Shown one piece after another: positions 29,364 through 39,226 of a stretch of DNA of 64,000 nucleotides. Position numbers and translations under genes: made by a program. The notes below the pieces were generated by a model. That model ran no database searches. It was not told the DNA's origin and worked only from the letters and a program-made list of their open reading frames with translations. Origin of the DNA: an uncultured Methanoregulaceae archaeon (GTDB taxonomy: Archaea > Halobacteriota > Methanomicrobia > Methanomicrobiales > Methanospirillaceae); NCBI GenBank assembly GCA_963737635.1, contig CAVTTL010000001.1, positions 1,088,001 to 1,152,000 on the forward strand, given 5' to 3'. Each line of letters starts with the position of its first letter. Within the stretch, counting starts at the first letter, position 1.

Positions 29364-30480
29364 CTAGAACCCTGCCTTCTCTGCCACATCGATAGTGGCA
29401 TCGATCTGTTTCTGGAGTGCGTCGGGAAGGCCGGCGATCTTAACATCGAGGAATCCCCGGATAATCGTTGCGGTCAGCTTCGTTTTCAGAGAGTCCCCGG
29501 GACATCAGGTACTCAATCTCTTCCTGTGCCAGCTTGCCGACTGCAGCTTCGTGGGAAAGCTCGGTTCCGACAACTCTCCCGTCAATTTCCGGAATGGCAT
29601 AAATAGTACCGTCTTTGAGAATCAGGCCTTTGCATTCGAGATGTCCCCGGGTACCTGCGGTCATCCCCAGAATATGGCCACGTGATATTATGGTGCCGCC
29701 TTTTGTTATTGCACGGGTAACCAGTTCCGCGCTTGCACCTTTTCCCTGGAGGATCGCTCGCGAACCAATATCGAGATATGAGGTAGGGGATGCAATGGAA
29801 ATTGTTGAGAACCTGGCAACTGAGTTCTCTCCCTTTAACGTTGCCGTCGGGTACATCTGGACTTTCTTGACCGGTTGCATACAGACGTAGTTTGACAGGA
29901 AAATCCCATTGTCTTCCACAATGGATGCACTTCGCGGGAAGACCTCGATATTTTCAGTCCAGGTGTGGATCATGGTGAAGCTGACTTTTGCGTTCTTTTT
30001 GACATAGAACTCCGATACGCCGTAGTGTGCTGCTCCCGGGCCAACATGCCCGCCACTTGTGCATCCTGAAATAATATGGAGCTCTGCTCCCTCTTCGGCT
30101 ATTATGATATTGTGGACATGCTGGATCGTCTCGCGGCCGAGATAAAGGCAGGCCTGAATCGGGAGGATATTGCTGGTCCCCTTATGGGCAATGATCACGT
30201 AACCTTTCGGATCGTTCTGCGCTGCCACATACTTCGTTATCTCATCTTTATCCTTTGAGACTGCCTTCCAGACATACTCCTGCAGCCAGTCGTACTTTTC
30301 CATCGCTCTTTTAAAGGAGAGGACTTCAATTCCTTCCTCACGGCATTCAGCATGAACGACATCCTGGTTCATCTGGAGATAGCTGCCACAACGGTTTTCC
30401 ATGGACAGCTCGATCCCTGACTCGACGAGCCGCTGCTTATCCTCGTTTGATAAACCTGGTGCATTCAGCTGTGACGACAT
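29364..30480 (-). CDS. smsB: SufB/D-like Fe-S assembly protein SmsB (frameshift ~29475)
   Basis: GHLECKGL, SHEAAVGK, YLMSRGL; tail ATIIRGFLDV lies in another frame. Confidence 0.9.
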
Positions 30481-31196
30481 TCCAGACACTCCTTATAGCC
30501 GCGTTGCTTGATGTCCTTGAGGATCTCCCGGGGGTTTCCGTGGCACTTGATCATACCGTCGCACATCACGTGCCCCTTGTCAGCATCAAGATAATCGAGA
30601 ATGAATCCTGTGTGGGTGATCACAAGGCCGCTTTTTGCCCGTGTTCCCATCCTCTTCTCTTTTTCGAGCAGCGACCCGATAGCAGTTCCAATGAGTGAGA
30701 TGTTTTCGAGATCGACGCCGCTTTCCGGTTCATCGAGCATTACAAAGGCCGGATTCTGGATCATCAACTGTAGCACCTCGCTTCTCTTGATCTCTCCTCC
30801 TGAGAACCCTTTGTTGATGTCCCGGTCAAGAAAGGCGCTCATGTGTACCGATTTGGCAAGGTCTTGGATATCGGTAGTACTGTTGTGGGAGATTGCCGTC
30901 AGGAGCTTACCCAGCTTAAGTCCGGAGATGGTGGGCGGCCGCTGGAAGAGCATCCCCATGCCACGTTTGGCACGTTCGTCGGAATGCATCGCAGTCACAT
31001 CTTCTCCATTGAAGGTGATCTTCCCTTTGGTGATGGTATAGTTTGAAAAACCCATGAGCGTCATAAGAAGAGTGGTCTTCCCGGAGCCGTTTGGGCCCAT
31101 GAGCACGTGAGTCTCCCCGGCCTCGATATGGAGGTCGATGCCGTGCAGTACCTCTTTATCACCGATGTCCACATGCAGATCGTCGATGTCCAGCAT
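30465..31196 (-). CDS. smsC: SufC-like ATPase SmsC
   Basis: GPNGSGKT, FSGGEIKRSE, DEPESGVD, C-terminal CLEC. Confidence 0.92.
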   Translation of the reverse strand: MLDIDDLHVDIGDKEVLHGIDLHIEAGETHVLMGPNGSGKTTLLMTLMGFSNYTITKGKITFNGEDVTAMHSDERAKRGMGMLFQRPPTISGLKLGKLLTAISHNSTTDIQDLAKSVHMSAFLDRDINKGFSGGEIKRSEVLQLMIQNPAFVMLDEPESGVDLENISLIGTAIGSLLEKEKRMGTRAKSGLVITHTGFILDYLDADKGHVMCDGMIKCHGNPREILKDIKQRGYKECLECRHS

Positions 31197-31376
31197 ACGA
31201 TTAACCGCATGAGTGTATGTCGATGTCTGCATTAAACGCTTTTCACAGTACCATGATGTCGTCATGGGTCAGCAGTAATAGGTGGTGTAAATATTACGAC
31301 CTGAGTGCTAATGGAAAACCGGATATATGAATTCTTTAACTTCTCCGGTACACTGTACCCTAAGGCTGTGTGATCC

Positions 31377-32264
31377 GTGCGTCAGGAAAAAGTAAAGGAT
31401 AAAGCCGGAAAGGCGAGGGTACGGAAGGGGTCGAAAGATGCAAAAGAAACCTTGCATTCCTGCGAAATCCCGGAGATAAAACCGTTTATCAATCGGATCA
31501 TCTGTGGCGATGCTCTCACTGTTCTCTCCGGGCTGCCTTCAGAGAGCGTCGACCTTGTCATCACATCCCCTCCCTATAACTTCGGTCATACCTATGCACA
31601 GGATCCCCACGATGACACGCGTGAATGGAACGAATACTTTGGCACCCTCAACGCCATCTGGAAAGAGTGTGTCCGGGTGCTCGTACCCGGCGGGAGAATG
31701 GCCGTTAATGTCCAGCCGCTATTCTCGGATTATGTTCCAACCCACCATATCATATCGAACCAACTGTCCGGTCTCGGGCTGCTTTGGAAGGCGGAGTTTC
31801 TCTGGGAAAAAAACAACTACAACGCCAAGTATACCGCATGGGGGAGCTGGAAGTCGCCGTCAATGCCCTACATCAAATATACATGGGAGTTTGTCGAGAT
31901 CTTTGACAAGGGAACCCACAAAAAAACGGGCCGCCGTGAAGATATCGATATCACCGCTGAGGAATTTAAGGAAGGGGTAATCGGCCGCTGGAAGATCACC
32001 CCTGAGCACCGGATGAAAGAATTTGATCATCCCGCGGTTTTTCCTGAGGAACTTCCCCGGAGGATCATGAAACTCTTCTCCTACAGAAACGATATCGTGC
32101 TCGATCCTTTCAATGGTGTGGGAACGACCACGCTTGCCGCAGCAAAATCCGGGCGAAGGTTTATCGGGATCGACATTTCCAAGCAGTACTGCGATATGGC
32201 GATACGGCGTCTGCAAGCGGTAACGGACAATCGCCAGCCGGAAGTTCACGAATCTGAAGAGTGA
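31377..32264 (+). CDS. Orphan beta-class amino DNA methyltransferase (likely m4C)
   Basis: TSPPY (motif IV) precedes HPAVFP and DPFNGVGTT (motif I); no adjacent restriction nuclease. Confidence 0.92.
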   Translation: MRQEKVKDKAGKARVRKGSKDAKETLHSCEIPEIKPFINRIICGDALTVLSGLPSESVDLVITSPPYNFGHTYAQDPHDDTREWNEYFGTLNAIWKECVRVLVPGGRMAVNVQPLFSDYVPTHHIISNQLSGLGLLWKAEFLWEKNNYNAKYTAWGSWKSPSMPYIKYTWEFVEIFDKGTHKKTGRREDIDITAEEFKEGVIGRWKITPEHRMKEFDHPAVFPEELPRRIMKLFSYRNDIVLDPFNGVGTTTLAAAKSGRRFIGIDISKQYCDMAIRRLQAVTDNRQPEVHESEE

Positions 32265-32302
32265 AATCCCGTTTTTCAGATGCTGGTAAGTCGAAAAAAA
32301 AT

Positions 32303-33409
32303 TCATCCCGGCATGTTAGCTTTCACCCAGACATAGGTACCTTTCCGATCATATGCATGCGAAATGATGTAATTGTAGACCTCTGCATAGGAGTCGTATT
32401 GTGCCACCCGGTACTGATACGTTCCAAGCTCCGTGTCATAATCAGATACAAGGGAGTTGTGGGATGAAACCAGCGCATTGTATGCCCCAATATCTCCAGA
32501 GCTTCGTAAAGCGAGCATGCGTGCTTCGAGTTGACTGATCTGGCTCTGTTTTGCAGTCAGATCGGAGGCCAGCGGTTGTATCTGCGCGTTCATATCCTGC
32601 ACTTTTTGTTCTGAAAGATTGGACATTTCATGGATGTACGCGGTTTCTGCACCGCTTGCGTACAGGGCAGTCCCGTTCCCGACCGGAATAACCAGTGGTT
32701 CAGAGATGAGAACAACACCCCCTTCAAGTTCATCGGGCGGTATGCCAACATAGGAGAGATTTGTCGTCTCGAGGTAGGTATACCCGGTATTTTTGTACAG
32801 TGAATCCGGGGACCCAACACCGACAGCCATGTGAGACTCAGGGGAAAATAAGAGGAGGGAAACCTTATACCCCTCGCGGGAGAGGAGACCGGCAAGGAGC
32901 ACGCTTCTGTCTTCGCAGTTTCCGGCACCTTCAACAACTGTCTCAACTGGGTACTTGGTCGGATTGCCGGGCGTGGTCACATAGGTAAGGGACTGGGTAT
33001 AGGCGGCAATCAGTTCGAGGTATTCGTCGCTTGAAAGTCCCTCATCGTCCCGGATCTTCCGGAACTGGCTGATGAGATCAGCGTACATCTGGTCCTGTGC
33101 CGGGTCGTTGACCATCTCAAGGTAACTATCAGTAACCCAGACATTCTCGGTTACATTTCCATAGATGGAGACAGATTTGTCCGTGGATTTTGCCCCGTTA
33201 TAAACGGCCGCATCGACTGGGACTGAGATGGTGATCTGATTCTTCTCAAAGGAAAATGTATGGGTGGCTATAATAGGTGACGATTCCTCTGCTCCCACGA
33301 CAATATGCGGGACATCCACTGCTTGTCTGGTATATAGGTAACCAGATGTTATGGCTACAGCGAGGAGGACGATTATGAAGACGATGAGGTATCTTTCTGT
33401 CCGGTGCAT
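32303..33409 (-). CDS. Membrane-anchored transglutaminase-like (Cys-His-Glu) protein with coiled-coil tail
   Basis: N-terminal TM; GNCEDRS, HMAVGV, YLETT. Confidence 0.8.
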   Translation of the reverse strand: MHRTERYLIVFIIVLLAVAITSGYLYTRQAVDVPHIVVGAEESSPIIATHTFSFEKNQITISVPVDAAVYNGAKSTDKSVSIYGNVTENVWVTDSYLEMVNDPAQDQMYADLISQFRKIRDDEGLSSDEYLELIAAYTQSLTYVTTPGNPTKYPVETVVEGAGNCEDRSVLLAGLLSREGYKVSLLLFSPESHMAVGVGSPDSLYKNTGYTYLETTNLSYVGIPPDELEGGVVLISEPLVIPVGNGTALYASGAETAYIHEMSNLSEQKVQDMNAQIQPLASDLTAKQSQISQLEARMLALRSSGDIGAYNALVSSHNSLVSDYDTELGTYQYRVAQYDSYAEVYNYIISHAYDRKGTYVWVKANMPG

Positions 33410-33422
33410 GACTGTTGTTCCA

Positions 33423-34199
33423 TTAAACGAGATTTCCGATATCTCCGATGGCGCTTATTACGGCCTCAGGTATTACTTTACTTTTATCGAGCGCATCCTT
33501 ACTGAACTTGCCGGTTCTGACAAGGATGCCCCGCATCCCTGCTGCCTTGGCACCACCGATATCGGTAAGGATGTCGTCACCTATCATCACGACATCCTTG
33601 GGCGCAAGTCTCATGTCGCGTAGTGCGAGATCAAAAAACTTCTTTGCAGGTTTGCCCACCACCGTTGCGGTCTTCCCGGTTGCAAACTCGAGAGCCATAA
33701 CAAATGGCCCCGCTGAGAGGGAGAGCCCGTCAGGTGCCATCCAGTAGCGATCCCTTTCAAGTGCGATAATGTCAGCTCCTTCTATCAGGCAACGAAAGGC
33801 CAGGTTCATGTTCATATACGTGATCCCTTCTCCTGCATCACCGATTATTACATAGTCAACTGCCCTCGAACCGGCTTCGATACAAACGTCTGCAAAATCC
33901 TGTGAAGCGTCCTTGGTCGTAAGGAGATATGCCCGGTGTTTTCCGGTTTCTTCCATGTATTTTATCGCTGCAAGCGTCGGTGTGAAGAGTGAGTTTTCGG
34001 GAATACCAAACCCGAGCCTGTCCAGCCGGGCCGCGAGGGAAGCCCGGCACTTACGGGTCGAGTTGGAAACGCACCGGAACGGATAGCCCTGTGCTTTGAG
34101 CAGCTCTATTGCTTCAAGGGCCCCGGGAATTGCCATGTCTCCAGTGGTGAGTACGCCGTCAATGTCGATCAAAAAACCTTTCACATTTTCAAGGGTCAT
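33423..34199 (-). CDS. HAD-IIA hydrolase (LHPP/NagD-like)
   Basis: DIDGVL, GKP, MIGDDILTDIGGA. Confidence 0.93.
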   Translation of the reverse strand: MTLENVKGFLIDIDGVLTTGDMAIPGALEAIELLKAQGYPFRCVSNSTRKCRASLAARLDRLGFGIPENSLFTPTLAAIKYMEETGKHRAYLLTTKDASQDFADVCIEAGSRAVDYVIIGDAGEGITYMNMNLAFRCLIEGADIIALERDRYWMAPDGLSLSAGPFVMALEFATGKTATVVGKPAKKFFDLALRDMRLAPKDVVMIGDDILTDIGGAKAAGMRGILVRTGKFSKDALDKSKVIPEAVISAIGDIGNLV

Positions 34200-34874
34200 A
34201 CCAGATCCCCGGCTATTTCCTTATGCCAGTTGGTACAGAAGGCTTCTGTGATAGCACAGGCGAGTCTGCCGGTTTCCCTCAATCCTTCTTCCGGTCTCTT
34301 CAAGCACTTTCAATCGGTCCGTCTTTGGGAGGTCCTCTGACCACTTTGCGATTACCGGTTCCGTCACTTCCGGATGGAACTGGATACCAAGTGCACGGCG
34401 GATTAAAAAGGCTTGGTTTGTGATGACGTCGCCATTGACGAGAAGTTGTGCCCCTTCGGGAAGGTCAAAAGTCTCCTTATGCCAATGGAAGACCTCAAAT
34501 GACTTTGGAAAAATCTTTTGCCACGCCGGTGAGCACCCACAGATGGTCCGCCATCCCATCTCTTTTTCGTGTGCAAAAACCCTCTTCCCGCACGTTGCAG
34601 CGATCATCTGGGCGCCAAGGCATATCCCAAGTACCGTGCAATCGCGCCCGATCGCCTTTCTTACCAGTTTTTTTTCGGTGGAAAGAAAGGAAAACTCGCG
34701 TTCGTCATTGACGCTCATCTGGCCCCCCAAGATAATAAGCTTTTCCGGCGGATCGTCCGGGAGTTTGTCATCCCTATAAAGCCGGAGGATTTTGAAAGGT
34801 TCGTTGCGAGCATCTAAGTATTCAGTGATGCTGCCGGCAGGTTCGTTCTCTCCGTGCTGGAGGATCGTGATCAT
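34196..34874 (-). CDS. Type 1 glutamine amidotransferase (probable frameshift at ~34265; uncorrected stop 34221)
   Basis: GICLGAQ, QFHPE; removing 34265 gives an ATGA overlap with the HAD gene. Confidence 0.88.
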
Positions 34875-34981
34875 TAGAAAATGGTGTGCATAGCGTGATG
34901 ATGAGCATTCGCATTACTTTCACCCCTCGCGGCCGGCCTTTAATTGTCTAAACTCCGGACTTCACTGTACAGGTTGCCGGT

Positions 34982-36058
34982 ATGCAAGCAGAAAGCAGGA
35001 TGGGGTCTCTCTGGCGGCAGCGGATGGACTCCATAAGGGAATATGAGGTCGTCCGCGATGGGAATATCTTTGGTGCCGGCCTTTCCGGCAGCTGTGTCTT
35101 TTCATCGGACTATGATAAAGCTCAAAATCTTATGAACGGGCTGATGACACGGTACGAAGGCGTTTCCTTTGATTCGCTCTTTCCCGGCCAAGAGATTATA
35201 AATGAGAATGGCAGTTTTATGGTCCTTGAAAGCCGCCATGACCTGCCGATAGTATCATTAGATACTGACCGCTTGGAACGGGAAATGCTTGGTGATCTCA
35301 CGCTTGTCCGCGGTGTCGGGGCAGTGACGGAACAGCGCCTGAAGGCACGAGGCTACCGGACAATTTCTGATCTCTGCCAGCATCCGAAGTTCCGGCCCGT
35401 GGCCCGGCAGGTAATGGACCGGTTGGATCGGGCTGATCCGGCCGATATGATGGATTTTGTAAGCGGCCGGCATGAGAAATCACACCGTTTCGTTCTTGGC
35501 GCAGCCAGTTCATTTTCACCCGATAATTACGTGTTTCTGGATATCGAGACGCTCGGGCTCTTTTCCCGGCCGATTATCCTTTTTGGTATCGGTACCGTTG
35601 AGCAGAAGAGCCTCGTTGTCCGTCAGTTCCTGTTACGGGATATCGGTGAAGAGGCACCGGCACTGGCCGAGACCGCCGCCCAGTGCGTTGCAGGAAAGCG
35701 GGCGCTTGTCACCTTCAATGGAAAAGCGTTTGATCTGCCCTATGTGCAGGATCGTCTTGCCTATTACGGTCTTGGTGCAATCCCTCGTATCCCGCATTTT
35801 GATATGTTGCACTTCTCCCGGCGCCGGTGGAGAGATCAGCTTTCGTCCTGCCGTCTTTCCACACTTGAGTCTGCAATTCTTGGGATCAATCGGGCTGAAG
35901 ATCTTCCCGGACAGATGGTGCCCGAATTTTATGAGACTTATTTAAGGACGCAGAATTGCGGCCCCCTTCTTCCTATCGTTGACCATAACTGCCAAGACGT
36001 AGTCTCGCTTGCACTTCTCTTCTTTTACCTGCTGGGGGAGAATTATGGCTGTCACTGA
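34982..36058 (+). CDS. RNase H-like DEDDh exonuclease (YprB/MrfB-like) with helix-hairpin-helix segment
   Basis: FLDIETLGL, TFNGKAFDLP, HFDML, DHNCQDV; LVRGVG HhH. Confidence 0.88.
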   Translation: MQAESRMGSLWRQRMDSIREYEVVRDGNIFGAGLSGSCVFSSDYDKAQNLMNGLMTRYEGVSFDSLFPGQEIINENGSFMVLESRHDLPIVSLDTDRLEREMLGDLTLVRGVGAVTEQRLKARGYRTISDLCQHPKFRPVARQVMDRLDRADPADMMDFVSGRHEKSHRFVLGAASSFSPDNYVFLDIETLGLFSRPIILFGIGTVEQKSLVVRQFLLRDIGEEAPALAETAAQCVAGKRALVTFNGKAFDLPYVQDRLAYYGLGAIPRIPHFDMLHFSRRRWRDQLSSCRLSTLESAILGINRAEDLPGQMVPEFYETYLRTQNCGPLLPIVDHNCQDVVSLALLFFYLLGENYGCH

Positions 36059-38354
36059 CGTTATCCGGCTTCTTGGGACCAACCCGGTATACCGCAGCCG
36101 GGTCACCTGCAGGCAGGTTTTGGACCCGGTGTCGGCCCGGTACGGTACGTTAGACCGGCCGCTTCCACATGAACTTGCTGACTATCTTGCACACAATAAC
36201 ATCCAGCTGTACGCTCACCAGTGTGAAGCGATCAATGCGCTACGCGCCGGGAAAAACGTGATTATTACCACGCCAACAGCAAGCGGAAAAACCCTCGCGT
36301 TTAACATTCCGGTATTGGCAGGTCTTGTCGCAGATCCGGAAGCACGTGCGTTGTATCTGTATCCTACAAAAGCGCTCTCAAACGACCAGTACGCCACACT
36401 TGCGGCAATGGAAAAGTATACCGGTATCCCGGCAAGACCGGCAATCTACGATGGTGACACGCCGCAATCGAAACGCGCAGCAATCCGGGAACATGCCCGG
36501 ATTGTCATCTCCAACCCTCACGAGCTCCATCAGGTACTGTCTTGGCATGCAAAATGGAGTCCCTTTTTCTCTCATCTGAAATTTGTCATTATAGATGAAG
36601 CTCACCGGTACAGAGGAATATTTGGCTCCCAGATCGCGTTTTTGATCCGGCGTCTCCTCCGGGTGGCCCGTTTTTACGGCTCTGACCCGCAGTTTGTCCT
36701 CTCGACAGCTACCCTTGCAAATCCTGAAGAGTTTGCCAGACGGCTCGTGGGTCAATCATTTGCGCTTGTAGATACGGACGCCTCCCCCCATGGAACACGT
36801 CATTTTGTACTCTACAACCCGTTCTATGATGGGATAGGGGAACGTTCCGCTCATCAGGAAACAAAGGATCTTCTCCTTTCCTGCGTGAAAGGGGATCTTC
36901 AGACGCTTTGCTTTACTGGTTCCAGGAAGATGGCGGAACTTGTTACGATTTGGGCCCAGGAGGATGCCCGCTGCACATCTGCACGTTTGGCCCAGTCGAT
37001 CTCTGCATACCGCGCCGGCTATCTTCCCGAAGAGCGGCGCGTGATCGAGCGGCAGCTCAAAAACGGGGAGATTCGGGGCGTGGTGTCGACCAATGCGCTC
37101 GAACTCGGCATCGATATCGGCTCGCTTGATGCTGTGGTCATTGACGGTTACCCCGGCACAATGATGTCGGTCAGGCAACAGGCAGGGCGTGCCGGCCGTA
37201 AAGGTGGGGAATCACTTGCTGTGCTCGTAGCGCAGGCAAACCCCCTCGACCAGTACTTCATGCACCATCCGGACGCATTCTTCTCACGTTCTCACGAGCA
37301 TGCTATCATTGATACGCAGAACCCTTACATCGTTTCAGGACACCTTCTTTGCGCTGCGGCAGAACTGCCGTTACGCGAAGAGACCGATGCCAGGGTGTTC
37401 GGGGAATCGTTTGCGCCCATTCTTGACGGGCTTGCGGAGAGCGGACTGCTCAAGAAGACACCCCGGGGATGGGTGTATGCCGGCCGTGGCCGGGCTGCCG
37501 ATGCAGTAAGGCTCGATGGCATGGCAGCCGAGAGTTTCCGGATCCTGTCCAACGGCAAGGTGCTCGAGACCATGGATCGGGCGCAGGTATACCGTGAGGC
37601 ACACAAAGGCGCGATCATGCTCCACCAAGGTGAGACCTACGTAGTAAATGAGATGGACCTTGAAACGCATACAGTCAGGGTGAGTGAGACCGAAGTGGAT
37701 TATTATACCCAGCCGTTAAAAGAGGTCGATCTCCGCGTCATCGAAACCCTGGAAACCCGGGAAGTAAACGGCGTAAAATGCGCGTTTGGTGATGTGGAGG
37801 TTACTGAACAGTACACCGCCTACAAGATCAAGAGAGGCGATACGATTCTGGGTGTTGAACCTCTTTCCCTGCCACCGCTTACGTTCAGTACCAAAGCGTT
37901 CTGGCTTATCCTGCCCGATCCGATTGCGGCATCGGTGGGAATATCAGAACTTGATCTTGCTGGTGGCCTTCATGGTGCGGAACATGCACTCATTGCGCTC
38001 ATGCCCCTTCATGTCATGTGCGATCGCTGGGATATCGGAGGCCTTTCCTGCCCCTCGTTTGGCGAGAATGGTGATCCGATGATCTTCGTGTATGACGGGT
38101 ATGAAGGAGGGATCGGTCTTGCAGAAAAAGCGTTCACCCTTCTTCCCGCACTTTTTTCGAGTGCCTACGAGCTCGTCCGCGATTGTTCATGCCGGAAAGG
38201 CTGTCCCTCCTGCATCTACTCGCCTAAGTGCGGGAATGACAATGTCCCCCTCGACAAAGATGCGACAGTAACTATCCTTGCCGGTATCAGTAACAGTCCA
38301 GCAACAAGTGAGACAGCTGGGCACACAACTGTGCAGGAACCTGTTCCCCTCTGA
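36045..38354 (+). CDS. DEAD/DEAH helicase with DUF1998 zinc domain (YprA/MrfA/Hrq1 family)
   Basis: TASGKT, DEAH, TNALELGID, GRAGR, YDGYEGGIG, CSC..GCPSC. Confidence 0.94.
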   Translation: MAVTDVIRLLGTNPVYRSRVTCRQVLDPVSARYGTLDRPLPHELADYLAHNNIQLYAHQCEAINALRAGKNVIITTPTASGKTLAFNIPVLAGLVADPEARALYLYPTKALSNDQYATLAAMEKYTGIPARPAIYDGDTPQSKRAAIREHARIVISNPHELHQVLSWHAKWSPFFSHLKFVIIDEAHRYRGIFGSQIAFLIRRLLRVARFYGSDPQFVLSTATLANPEEFARRLVGQSFALVDTDASPHGTRHFVLYNPFYDGIGERSAHQETKDLLLSCVKGDLQTLCFTGSRKMAELVTIWAQEDARCTSARLAQSISAYRAGYLPEERRVIERQLKNGEIRGVVSTNALELGIDIGSLDAVVIDGYPGTMMSVRQQAGRAGRKGGESLAVLVAQANPLDQYFMHHPDAFFSRSHEHAIIDTQNPYIVSGHLLCAAAELPLREETDARVFGESFAPILDGLAESGLLKKTPRGWVYAGRGRAADAVRLDGMAAESFRILSNGKVLETMDRAQVYREAHKGAIMLHQGETYVVNEMDLETHTVRVSETEVDYYTQPLKEVDLRVIETLETREVNGVKCAFGDVEVTEQYTAYKIKRGDTILGVEPLSLPPLTFSTKAFWLILPDPIAASVGISELDLAGGLHGAEHALIALMPLHVMCDRWDIGGLSCPSFGENGDPMIFVYDGYEGGIGLAEKAFTLLPALFSSAYELVRDCSCRKGCPSCIYSPKCGNDNVPLDKDATVTILAGISNSPATSETAGHTTVQEPVPL

Positions 38355-38362
38355 TGGCGTTC

Positions 38363-38596
38363 TCAATCCACAAGTACGACTCGTCTTTCGGGCTCCGGCA
38401 CATCATCTTCGAAGATAAACAGATCATCGATTTTTGCATTCAGCGTCTTTGCGATATCGTGGGCGAGCCGGAGCGAGGGATTGTACTTCCCCTGTTCAAG
38501 AAATACGATCGTTTCACGCCGCACGCCTACCTTTTTTGCGAGGTCTTCCTGGGTAAGGGCGTACCGGGCCCGGTATTCCCTGATTCGGGTGATCAT
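38363..38596 (-). CDS. Cro/C1-type HTH transcriptional regulator
   Basis: [24 protein letters not shown]. Confidence 0.93.
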   Translation of the reverse strand: MITRIREYRARYALTQEDLAKKVGVRRETIVFLEQGKYNPSLRLAHDIAKTLNAKIDDLFIFEDDVPEPERRVVLVD

Positions 38597-38614
38597 CCTA
38601 TAACTCCGGGACTT

Positions 38615-39068
38615 CTAGTCTTTATTGATGTCACCCTGTCTATTGTAATACCAATACAGTAGTGTGGAACTCAGTATCATAGTAAAGAACATTACCATAA
38701 TTGCTGAACCGGCATCCATAACAAGCACTTTCGAATAGATAAGGACCGAGAGAACAATGGCAAACGTGATGGAAAATGAAAACGCCTTCATATATGTATG
38801 ACCCCGGATTTTCAGGGTCCGTTCATCTTCTATAACATCGGCTTTTTTCTCGTACCATGTTGTTATGAGCGAAAGTACAATTAACATAAGGCCCATTGGA
38901 ATAAGAACACCAGAGAGCAGTACAATTTTCCGGAATTGGGGTATCCAGTCACAGATCAGGAGAAGGAGCACCCCCACGATTGTCATACATCCTCCGAATA
39001 ACAGACTTCCTGCGAATCCAAGTTATCATCGCACGATATCCTACAATAATGTGGTATCTCTGTCTCAT
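38615..39068 (-). CDS. DUF2178-like membrane protein (probable frameshift ~39023)
   Basis: DERT motif between TM helices; upstream ATG 39068 joins the frame GFAGSLLFGG after a 1-nt correction. Confidence 0.7.
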
Positions 39069-39086
39069 GAGAATTACCTCACATTT

Positions 39087-39138
39087 TGTTATATAATTCT
39101 AACAACTTTGAAAGTATTAAAGTTATTTATTTCTAACA
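39087..39138. promoter_or_regulatory. Two GTTA-N8-TAAC operator-like palindromes
   Basis: GTTATATAATTCTAAC 39088-39103 and GTTATTTATTTCTAAC 39122-39137. Confidence 0.6.
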
Positions 39139-39226
39139 TTATGAGATTCACCCCATAAATATCGAGAACAAAGATTATGCCATTCCTGTACGCTTAAGTG
39201 GGATGGCGTTTCAGGTATGGTAACGT

